From Octopus bimaculoides (taxonomy: Eukaryota), in assembly GCF_001194135.2 (NCBI RefSeq), contig NC_068995.1, positions 23,543,634-23,582,068 on the forward strand: 38,435 nt of DNA, in the 5' to 3' direction. The notes under the pieces are model-generated. The model was not told the DNA's origin, searched no databases, and saw nothing but the letters and a program-made list of their open reading frames with translations. Both the position numbers and the translations under genes were made by a program. This document shows positions 11,545 to 21,235 of the stretch, one piece after another. Numbering within the stretch: the stretch's first letter is position 1; each line of letters opens with the position of its first letter.

Positions 11545-12832
11545 TTTTCAGATTAACACCCGCAAGATTACCCAACCCTAATCCTAAACCTAATCCTAAC
11601 ACTAACCCTAACACTAACCCTAAAACCCTAACCCTGACACTAAAACCGTAACCGTAACACTAATCCTAACCATAACCCTAACCGTAACCCTAAACCCTAA
11701 CCCTGACCCTAACACCCGAGTGAAAATCGTGGTATATTTACAAAACATTGACGAACATGAGTTATATTTTACTGAATGATTGTGTACTTGCATGTGTATG
11801 CGTTTGAGAGAGTGAGAGAGGAAGAGGTAGAGAGAGGGGGAGAAAGGAATAGAGGTAGTTAAAGGTTTTCTTATGACGGTTTCTCTTCACTGCCTATTAC
11901 TTCATTAGAAATCTAAGGATGCACATAAGCACATAATAGAGAATAATGAAACAAATATGGACGACTTGCTCCGAAACACCACCGAGTGGGGGAGCACTTC
12001 TCAAAAATAACCTGCAGTTGTTTCCGTCAAAATGCCTACATGTTTGAAATGTACATACATCAAGGTATATTTGTAGAAAATTTCACGAAAAAATATTCAT
12101 TTTCCTGGAAGTTAAGAGGAATTTAAGTGGAATTTCCGAAAATTGTCCCCCACCCCCTCCCAAAACACTTGCACCGAAAATGTTTGCATATTACGAATCT
12201 ACATAATATATAATATATGCATAGAAAATTTTATTAAAAAAATATTCATTTTTATGAAAGTTATGACCTTCCAAAGTTGGGGAGTACAACTCTGTAGTTA
12301 TGCCACATTGACGAACTGAATGATTGTGTTTACTTGCACGTGTATGCGTTTCAGAGAGCGAGAGAGGAAGAGGGGGAGAAATGAATAGAGATCGAGAGCA
12401 ATGTGTATGTTGTTGTCACAGGCCATGTATGTGTGGTTGTGTGTGTTTTTACGTATCTATGTTATGAAAAATAGGTAAAGAATACTGAGATGAAAGTTTA
12501 ATCTATGACTATGTATGTATCATTTTCTCTCTCTCTCCCTCTCCTTCTTTTTACTCTTACTCACTATATTTTAATGTTGAGCGCGTGTGTAAGAACGGCG
12601 TCCCAGGTAGAAGGGAAGAAATATAAAAGTTGCTAGAAACAACAGCCAAATCTCCCTTAAATCACACAAAGTAAATGGAATTTTAAAAAATCTAATTACT
12701 GCACTCGAAAGTTCACATTGAGAAAATTCCATTGATGTAAAAAATTTTACGAAAAAGTGGAAAATGTGGATTTCTATAAAATTTTAAAAAGGCTTCACAC
12801 AGACACACAACTTCAGCTTTATATATTAAGAT
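11545..12832 (+). mobile_element. putative non-autonomous rolling-circle-type (Helitron/Helentron-like) repeat
   Basis: No ORF; contains the telomere-like tract and an internal ~90-110 bp direct repeat (11746-11853 / 12306-12390); ends in CACAGACACACAACTTCAGCTTTATATATTAAGAT, resembling HINE/DINE-like ends as I recall them. Classification and boundaries are inference. Confidence 0.35.
11574..11713. repeat. degenerate interstitial telomere-like (CCCTAA)n tract
   Basis: ~23 hexamers: CCCTAA, TCCTAA, CACTAA, CCGTAA, CCCTGA, CCATAA variants. Confidence 0.9.
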
Positions 12833-12857
12833 ATATATACATACATACATACATACA

Positions 12858-12888
<31 letters not shown>

Positions 12889-12900
12889 GTATATGTATAT

Positions 12901-13375
12901 ATATTGTGTTGACAGCTAAGCTCCCGCCGTTTTTTTAAATTTTCGAATTTATTTTGTTTTTAAATTTTAGAACCTATTTTTTTCGAGAATTTTATTTTTG
13001 AATCATTTTGGAATCTTTTTTTTTTCTAGTTAATTTTAGTTAATTTTTGTTTATTTTCAGATCATTAAAATGGAATGTCAAATTAAGAAAAACGAGCGTT
13101 TTCGACGCCTCCTTCTTTTTGGTTTTAATGAAGGTTCTAAGGCCGCAAAAGCTGCTCGCGACATTTGTGCTGTGTATGGAGAGGGTACCACAGCTGAAAG
13201 AACCGCTCCTGAATGGTATGCCAAGTTCAAAAGTGGGAATTTTGACCTCAAAGACGCACCTCGTTCTCGCCGTCCACTTGAGTTCGATGAAGAGAGATTA
13301 AACCAACTTTTGCACGAAAATTCTCGTCAAACGACAAGGGAACTGACAGAGAATATGGAATGCTCCCACACGGGT
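12901..13375 (+). mobile_element. mariner transposon, 5' end with N-terminal (HTH) transposase fragment
   Basis: ORF 13070: MECQIKKNERFRRLLLFGFNEGSKAAKAARDICAVYGEGTTAERTAPEWYAKFKSGNFDLKDAPRSRRPLEFDEERLNQLLHENSRQTTRELTENMECSHT = mariner N-terminus (FKSG.FDL.D..RSGRP); homology ends ~13372, catalytic domain absent; degenerate TIR-like start TATTGTGTTG near 12901. Confidence 0.9.
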
Positions 13376-13688
13376 TACACTGCAGTTGCTAGGTTTAGTA
13401 TGGTTTCCATGTAATAATGTTAAAGACGGTTTCACACATCTTCCAACTATTTGATGATTAATAAGCTCTTATTAATTGTTACCAGTGGGAAGAAAACAGG
13501 AAACTAAAATTCATAAACGTTTGTTTCTATAATGTTGCAGTGGAGTCGGGGAATTAACGCAGATGTTTTTCTGATTGTTTTGATAACTCATATATTGCAC
13601 AGTCTTGAGTATAAAACTGCTATTAATTTGAGACGGCAACTTTCTATGGTGTTAACTGATCATTTTGTCGAATGTCGGCATACTCGCA

Positions 13689-13815
13689 GGCGTGGCTATG
13701 TGTTAAGAACTTTGCTTTCCTACAACATGTTTCTGAATTCAATACCACTGCGTGGTGACTTGGGCAATTGCCTCGTTTTATAGCCTCGGGCCATGCAAAA
13801 CCTTGTGGGAAAATG
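13689..13815 (+). mobile_element. tRNA-derived SINE head (degenerate)
   Basis: A-box-like TGGCTATGTGTTAAG; segment CTTGGGCAA..TATAGCC..AAACCTTGTGGG homologous to 31560-31625 and to the reverse complement of 33760-33815. Confidence 0.65.
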
Positions 13816-14294
13816 GTGGAGTGAAAAAAAAATGCGGAAATTGAAAATGTGTGTTGCTATATTTGATTACTAGAGATCTATCAAGAGCATTTACTCCCTC
13901 AAGCCCCCCCCCCGAAACTCCGAACATGGGGTATTTTTGTAAATGTTTTACATTAGCGGAGTTTGTGGGGGGGGGGGAGTAAATGCGCTAAACTGATCTA
14001 AGCGAAAATTTAGCATTTTTCTAGTAATATTATACAGCAAGATTTAAGGTCTCAGACATTTTCAATTTCAACATTTTTTTTTAATTTTCACTCCGAGCCT
14101 AGATTACACAATCTATATACCCGCGCATACACACGTGTGTGTTAGGGTGGAGTGAAAATAAAAAGTTGTAGAAATTGAAAATACCTGAGGCCTAAAATCT
14201 TGCTATATATTATTCCTAGAAAAATGTTACACATTCGTTTAGATCACTGAAGCCATTTACTCCCACAAACACCCAAGCTCCGCTATTGTAAAAA
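13815..14294. repeat. three copies of a ~110-146 bp unit in alternating orientation (foldback/MITE-like long TIRs)
   Basis: Unit GGAGTGAAAA..GAAATTGAAAAT..TTGCT..CTAG..GATC..CATTTACTCCC..CTCCG: + at 13815-13922, - at 13947-14094, + at 14146-14294. Confidence 0.85.
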
Positions 14295-14309
14295 AAAAAT
14301 TACATACTA

Positions 14310-14860
14310 ATGTTGCTTAATATGTTTTGCTAAAATTGCTGTTTCTTTTCAGATATCATCAGAAAAAGGTAATTAAAAATCATTAGAATAACATATCTAA
14401 TTGACGTTCAAAGAGGTCAAATTGTTGGTACTCGTATGGCAAGCGCTAGTGTACCCAAAACAGCCGAAATATTTTGTGTATCAAGAAGTTCTGTCTCGAA
14501 AGTAATGACAGCTTTTGAGGAAGAGGGAAAAACCTTCTTGTCAAAACAAAACTCCGGAAGAAAACCAAAACTTTCAGATAAGCACAGTCGGACTCTTACG
14601 CGAATTGTTCACAAAACTACAGCTCCCAAAATTACTGCAGAGCTTAATAACTACCCCAAGAACCCACTTTCCACAAAAACTGTTCACCAGGAAGGAGCTG
14701 CACAAAGCTGGATTTCACGGGAGGGCTGCACTACTTTCAAAAACAAACATTGCAAAGCATTTAGATTTTAGTAAAAACCTACAGACTTGGTCCCTAGTGC
14801 AGTTGAAGAATGTAATTTTCACGGGCAAGTCATCCTTTACTTTATTCCCGACCACCAGCC
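14310..14860 (+). mobile_element. Tc1-family transposon, 5' half (paired-like HTH region to first catalytic D region)
   Basis: QRGQIVGTRMASASVPKTAEIFCVSRSSVSKVMTAFEEEGKT..KQNSGRKPKLSD..TAPKITAELN..ELHKAGFHGRAA.LLSKTNIAK..WS..QLKNVIFTGKSSFTLFPT; frameshifted; SDES motif degraded. Confidence 0.9.
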
Positions 14861-15440
14861 GACCAACGACGGTCCATACATAATAATCAAGTGTTGTAGT
14901 CTGGAGAGTTAGGTGGCCAGCTATTAGGAGCGATGTGGCTGTAGAAATTGGCTGACAGTCATGACTGGGTTCTCCTGCTTGTGTGAGATGGTGCAAATTC
15001 CTGTTGCCAGACATAGGGTCTTCCAGTAGCCACCCTCATGACCCAAGCAAGTACTACCTCCTCCACACACTTGATGTAGGCCTCCGTATTGAGTTTGAGG
15101 CAGCGTGAAAAGATGACTGGAGGAATAACGTCGCCATCACTAGTGATCGCTTTAACCACCATAATGTCGACTGGACGTTTGGTTTTTATACCTCTCGGTT
15201 CATGTCCTCAGAACTCATGGTTCACATTTTGACACCCAAGCACTCTGAAATGTTCGTATTGGAGCTTCCGGAGCGAATGCCAAGCAGCACAGCATGTGGT
15301 TTCCAAATTTGTGGCAGACTGAATTGCGTCGTGGTGATGTTTTTCTTACAGAAAGTGCCCAACTGACCTTACTATAACGTGTATTCGACGAAATCAAAAA
15401 CAGTGTGCGAAATTAAAGATGTAAAATGACGATAATATAT
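14860..15440 (-). mobile_element. maT/DD37D-like (Tc1/mariner superfamily) transposase fragment
   Basis: ITSDGDVIPPVIFSRCLKLNTEAYIKCVEEVVLAWVMRVATGRPYVWQQEFAPSHTSRRTQS then LDYYVW; matches the second-D (QQDSAP.H) and third-D (P.LDYYVW) blocks of DD37D elements, catalytic residues degraded. Confidence 0.8.
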
Positions 15441-15469
15441 CCATCGCACTCTGTGTTATCCAGTGTTAT

Positions 15470-15655
15470 CCAAGGGAAAGGCAAAGGCCGATACAGCTTA
15501 ACACCCGTGACTCATTTCTACAGCTGAGTGAACTGGAGCAACGTGAAATGAAGTCTCTTGCTGAAGAACACAACACACAGCCTGGTCCGGGATTCGAACT
15601 CACAAACTCACCATTTTAAGCTCGACGCTCTAACCACTGAGCCATGCACCTTCAC
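15470..15655 (-). mobile_element. tRNA-derived SINE
   Basis: Minus strand: A box TGGCTCAGTGGTTAG and B box GTTCGAATCC at tRNA-like spacing; body homologous to 29590-29690. Confidence 0.85.
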
Positions 15656-15659
15656 ACAC

Positions 15660-15704
<45 letters not shown>

Positions 15705-16482
15705 TGTGTGTGTGTGTTTATATGTATGTATGTATGTATTAAGTATGTCTGTATGTATGTATGTGCGTGTATGTGTGTGTGTATGTAACTATCACAAATA
15801 CAAAGATGTTATCAATTCAAATGAACAGGAATTATATTCAAACACATGAGAAAGCAATTTGCTATTTTGATATTCTGCCATGGAAAATATTCTTGATGTG
15901 GACTGAAAGGTATAAACACACCTAGTCAGTTCGTAGCGTTCCCTAGCAAGATTGTTGGTTAGAAATTTTCTCCATCACAAAATATGGCGAATGTCTTTTT
16001 TACGGGTAGGAATATGACTGAAGCATATTTCAACTGGCAAAACTTTGCATTTATACACACCAATACTTAGCACTGTTACCCCGTACTTCCATATATATAT
16101 TATATAAGGAAAACAGAAAATGGAGAAATATTGATGAACTACAAATGACTTACATTAATAATTATTTATTAATTCAATACAAATAGACTGTATCTCATCT
16201 AACAGCTGTTTCTGCTTCCAATTTTGTATGGTATTGCCATTGATATGCTAAAAATATTTATATTTCCTAATAAAAACCGGTCTGAATCATGAAGCTTCTT
16301 AATAAACTCATGTTTATCCTTGTCTTTGCATATAATTTAAGAGCGTCATATGCTTGCATATATATGTCCATGATTGAGCATAGGTAATATACCGATAGTA
16401 TAATGGATACTTCTATCCCTTAGACGGTTATTTTAACGTCCAGCTCAGATAACTTTATATATGTATATATATATATATATAT

Positions 16483-17117
16483 NNNNNNNNNNNNNNNNNN
16501 NNNNNNNNNNNNNNNNNNNNNNNNNNNNNNNNNNNNNNNNNNNNNNNNNNNNNNNNNNNNNNNNNNNNNNNNNNNNNNNNNNNNNNNNNNNNNNNNNNNN
16601 NNNNNNNNNNNNNNNNNNNNNNNNNNNNNNNNNNNNNNNNNNNNNNNNNNNNNNNNNNNNNNNNNNNNNNNNNNNNNNNNNNNNNNNNNNNNNNNNNNNN
16701 NNNNNNNNNNNNNNNNNNNNNNNNNNNNNNNNNNNNNNNNNNNNNNNNNNNNNNNNNNNNNNNNNNNNNNNNNNNNNNNNNNNNNNNNNNNNNNNNNNNN
16801 NNNNNNNNNNNNNNNNNNNNNNNNNNNNNNNNNNNNNNNNNNNNNNNNNNNNNNNNNNNNNNNNNNNNNNNNNNNNNNNNNNNNNNNNNNNNNNNNNNNN
16901 NNNNNNNNNNNNNNNNNNNNNNNNNNNNNNNNNNNNNNNNNNNNNNNNNNNNNNNNNNNNNNNNNNNNNNNNNNNNNNNNNNNNNNNNNNNNNNNNNNNN
17001 NNNNNNNNNNNNNNNNNNNNNNNNNNNNNNNNNNNNNNNNNNNNNNNNNNNNNNNNNNNNNNNNNNNNNNNNNNNNNNNNNNNNNNNNNNNNNNNNNNNN
17101 NNNNNNNNNNNNNNNNN
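16483..17117. other. assembly gap
   Basis: Run of N after (TA)n. Confidence 1.
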
Positions 17118-17389
17118 ATATATAACAAATATACAAATGCAAAGAGAATATTTCACTTGTGCAATAACTTTACTACCTGATCATAATAATATTAAGCTAC
17201 ATATCTAATTACATAACATACTATACTTATTTATGGTCGTAATTATGTTTCCGGGTATAAAACTTTCATAAACGTTTATAGATATAAGCCGCCTTTGATC
17301 TCCTCAACGAGGTTGACATTAAAATTGGAATTTCAAATTTTATTAAATAAATTAACCATTATACTAATTGCACAAGTGAAATTTTCGAA

Positions 17390-17478
17390 AACTCTCTCTC
17401 TCTATCTCTCTTTCCCCCTGTCTCCCCCTTTCTCTCTCTCTCTCTTTCTGTCTGTCTGTCTCTCTCTTTCTCTCTTAT

Positions 17479-17517
<39 letters not shown>

Positions 17518-17590
17518 GAAACACATACATATATATATCTGCCTATATGTATATTTGTGTCTGTGTTTGTGTATATATATATATATATAT

Positions 17591-17637
<47 letters not shown>

Positions 17638-17640
17638 CAT
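17390..17640. repeat. compound microsatellite (TC/TCTG/CA/TA/TG)
   Basis: Directly visible. Confidence 0.95.
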
Positions 17641-18179
17641 AGGTATGTATGATATAATTGTATAATTGATGAAAAGTGATAAATATGATAATGAAATATG
17701 AATGTCTTAATACCAAGAAACACTTGAATGCAGAATATGGCTGTATATTGAAATAAAGACATAACATCCTCCCATATGCTTTAATTTCCAGTACTTAAAA
17801 ATTCTTTTATGCAAATGCATTTGTGAGACCGTCGCACCCACAAGAAACGGCAGAATATCAGAAATTTACTTTGCGAACGATTTTACACTAGGGATGTCAA
17901 CAATAAAAATGTAATTTAAAATTAACGAACAAACATATGTTATAATAATTACAAATAAAATTAAGATATTTTGCAATTATAACGATAATTGTGTTTTCAG
18001 TTAATCATTTATCAATACCGATCAGTGCAGAAAGACCAGTTTTATATCTAAAGAACAATTAAATTTTATTACAGCTTAAGGGACGAGAACACAGCACCAA
18101 AAATTTGTGCTGTACATTAAATGTATAAATGTAGATGTTACATTTTTTTACGGGTTCTGTATTACACAGGCTTCTCTTG

Positions 18180-18224
<45 letters not shown>

Positions 18225-19737
18225 ATTATTATTATTAACAGAAGCATACACATGCCATATTCTTTGCCGTTACGTTGAGGAAGACATACGAATGTATTTT
18301 GATATTTCAATTGTATCTTCATATAAGCCCAGTATGCCCACACACACGCGCACACATCTGTGAGTGTGTGTCTGTCTGTCTGTCTCTGTGTGTACGTGAG
18401 CGTATATGTGTTTGTGTGTGTCCGTGTGTGTGCATGCATTTTCCATATAAATATGAATACATGCCTGGAAATATATATGCGTCTAACTGCATATATCTTC
18501 ACTGTAATCCATTAATTTAACAAATTATAGAATTACTTTTCTTTATTCATTCATAAGTCTACTGAGACTGTAGATCTATTGTGGTAATTGGAACATTTGA
18601 CTACTTTTGTTGGCAAATGTATCATATTTCTAATAACTCGGGTTGCTCTTATACATACCCTCGGACACCACTACATGTTCAAATTATACGTAACATTTCT
18701 TCCCCTCACGTCGCACTCTCTCTCTCTCTTTCTCTCTCTACTTCTTCCCCATTAATATACATATATCCTCTTTCTTAATCATTAAATTTATCCTATTTCT
18801 AATGTTTTCCGAGTGATATTTTTCCACTTACAATTTTTATAACATTGTATATTTTAGATTTTAATGTGGGACTGAAACTGTTTTTACTAAATATTTCCTG
18901 ATGCTTACGACAGTTTTAGAAAATGCAGAGTTCTCTGAAAAAACGTATCTACTTACTAAAACAAAACGTCGAGTAGGACACCTAAAGATAGTTGCGTAGT
19001 GACATCTGGACTGAAATCAAACGAATGAAACGAACTAAAGAAAACCTGACATATTTCAAGCAACAGCGGGAACGCAGTAGCATCAACACAAGAAAAAAGA
19101 AAGATGTTTAAGTGTAAAAGTCCAATCTTTCCCTATTTCAGCTGAGTGTGATAATATTTCAATCGAGATAATGGTCTCTTCTTTCTAGCTTTAAAATATC
19201 CGTTTTGACTTACACGCAATCTAAACAAGAGAAAAAAATAGCAAATCAATAAAAGAGGAAATAAAATATAATTCCAACACACAAGTAATACTAAATGTAA
19301 CAAACAAACATTCACCAAATCAAAATCGAAAAGCTATAAACGAAAATGTCAAACGTAATTGAAAAATCAAAGTCAGGAAAATGAGAGCAGGAGAAAACTG
19401 TTGCACAAGACATAAACAAATCGAACGGACAACTCCTTCAACAATAAAATAAAATAAGACCAAATGTTTGGATCACTGAGGGTGGTGGAAGAAATTGGTA
19501 ATAAATATAGATCTAGCTATAGCAACTTTATTATCATGATTTTGCCTCTTTTGGTTGTGAATATCTGAAAGATTGGCATTGATTTTGTACTGAAGGGAAG
19601 TAAAATAAAAATAAATAGAAAAAACAACAGAAAGCAAATTGAATGGACATATACTCGTATATAAAATACAAACGAATAGTATTGATTCTAAAACAGCAAT
19701 GATCACTGCTACAGGTAAATTATATGTATGTCTGTAT

Positions 19738-20109
19738 NNNNNNNNNNNNNNNNNNNNNNNNNNNNNNNNNNNNNNNNNNNNNNNNNNNNNNNNNNNNNNN
19801 NNNNNNNNNNNNNNNNNNNNNNNNNNNNNNNNNNNNNNNNNNNNNNNNNNNNNNNNNNNNNNNNNNNNNNNNNNNNNNNNNNNNNNNNNNNNNNNNNNNN
19901 NNNNNNNNNNNNNNNNNNNNNNNNNNNNNNNNNNNNNNNNNNNNNNNNNNNNNNNNNNNNNNNNNNNNNNNNNNNNNNNNNNNNNNNNNNNNNNNNNNNN
20001 NNNNNNNNNNNNNNNNNNNNNNNNNNNNNNNNNNNNNNNNNNNNNNNNNNNNNNNNNNNNNNNNNNNNNNNNNNNNNNNNNNNNNNNNNNNNNNNNNNNN
20101 NNNNNNNNN
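19738..20109. other. assembly gap
   Basis: Run of N followed by (TA)n. Confidence 1.
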
Positions 20110-20441
20110 TATATATATATATATATACATATATATATACATATATATATTTAAATGTATATATTTATTTATTTATGTGTTTCAGCCAAGTGGCTGCGGT
20201 CATATTCTTATCACGCTAGTGATAGTTTCCTGTACATGCGTACGTTCATCAGGTATCAATCGCACTACACTGCCAAAATTTTAACTAGAGGAACGGTTTA
20301 GAACCGGCACGAAGATAAAGCATGTCTTATGGAAGATACCACCTTCATGGGTAAAATGAAATAAAATAAAAATTAAAATAATAATGAAATAAAAACAAAA
20401 TATTAACAAATTAGTTAACAGTACAAATGTACAAATTATCA

Positions 20442-20488
20442 GTGAAGGCGCGTGGCTTAGTGGTTAGGGCATTCGGCTCACGATCGTA
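20442..20488 (+). mobile_element. truncated tRNA-derived SINE head (A box only)
   Basis: GTGAAGGCGCGTGGCTTAGTGGTTAGGGCATTCGGCTCACGATCGTA closely matches the reverse complement of 29678-29723; ends before the B box. Confidence 0.8.
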
Positions 20489-20686
20489 TTGGTGGGGTAG
20501 CTGACCGAAATACAGGTGGTTACCCCTCCCCTTTTGGGGAATATTCATTGTTATATTCTTTTGTTGGATATCATTGTTATTGTATTAATTGTGTACTCGT
20601 TTCTGTGTAAAATCGCCACTGTTAATGTCTACTGTATCGTCCCCTATATGTCGGCCCTAGTAGCTAATAAATGAGATAATTATTAT
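20489..20686 (+). mobile_element. possible 3' end/UTR of a 5'-truncated LINE
   Basis: T-rich segment ending CCCTAGTAGCTAATAAATGAGAT (AATAAA) then (ATT)n; resembles L1/Tx1-type 3' UTRs from recollection only. Confidence 0.3.
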
Positions 20687-21220
20687 TATTGAGTGAGAGA
20701 GCAGTACATGCCATCAAAGTGACACTGAGGTAAAATATACGCAGCCCAATATACCCATAAGCGCATGACCTTACAGGTTAGGACCAGTTTGAGGTTTCTT
20801 CAGGTCGAGTAGCTCATCCTGCTCAAAAGGTCCCTGAATAAAGATTGATTAAGAATGTTGATAGAAACATCCATATTGATGGAAACACCCATGTTTCTGA
20901 AGGTGAATTATCCAAACCCCAAAGAATTCCTCTCAAAACATGGCTATGATACTCCCCTAATACTTTTTGCTCGTGGTCAGTGTTACAAATATCGTCAGCC
21001 ACTAAGGAATATTCTCAACCTGTTAAGGTCAAACAAGTGAGAAGTATATCTGTGGTATTAAGCAGAATATTTGTTGTAGCCCAATATTTGTTTATACCAA
21101 GATAAAACAATGTACATGATAACACTTGCAATCAGTTAAGATCAGAATCCATTGGAGCCACTGCCTAGCACCGCATCAGGGCATTGAATTCCTCTCAACA
21201 CATGGCTATGATGATCCCCC
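20687..21220. repeat. unclassified non-coding interspersed repeat bounded by (ATT)n tracts
   Basis: Higher-GC block between TATTATTATT (20681-20690) and TTATTATTATTAT (~21223-21235); contains a 34-bp internal duplication (20924-20957 / 21186-21220). Recalled as an abundant Octopus repeat; not verified. Confidence 0.55.
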
Positions 21221-21235
21221 AGTTATTATTATTAT

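Noticed and set aside
15585-15655. tRNA genes at 15585-15655 and 29650-29723
   Set aside because: A/B boxes present but no complete cloverleaf acceptor stem; they continue into SINE bodies.
16154-16247. Minus-strand exon-like segment HINGNTIQNWKQKQLLDEIQSICIELINNY* with a GTAAGT donor
   Set aside because: In-frame stop one base before the donor; other frames closed; short pyrimidine tract.
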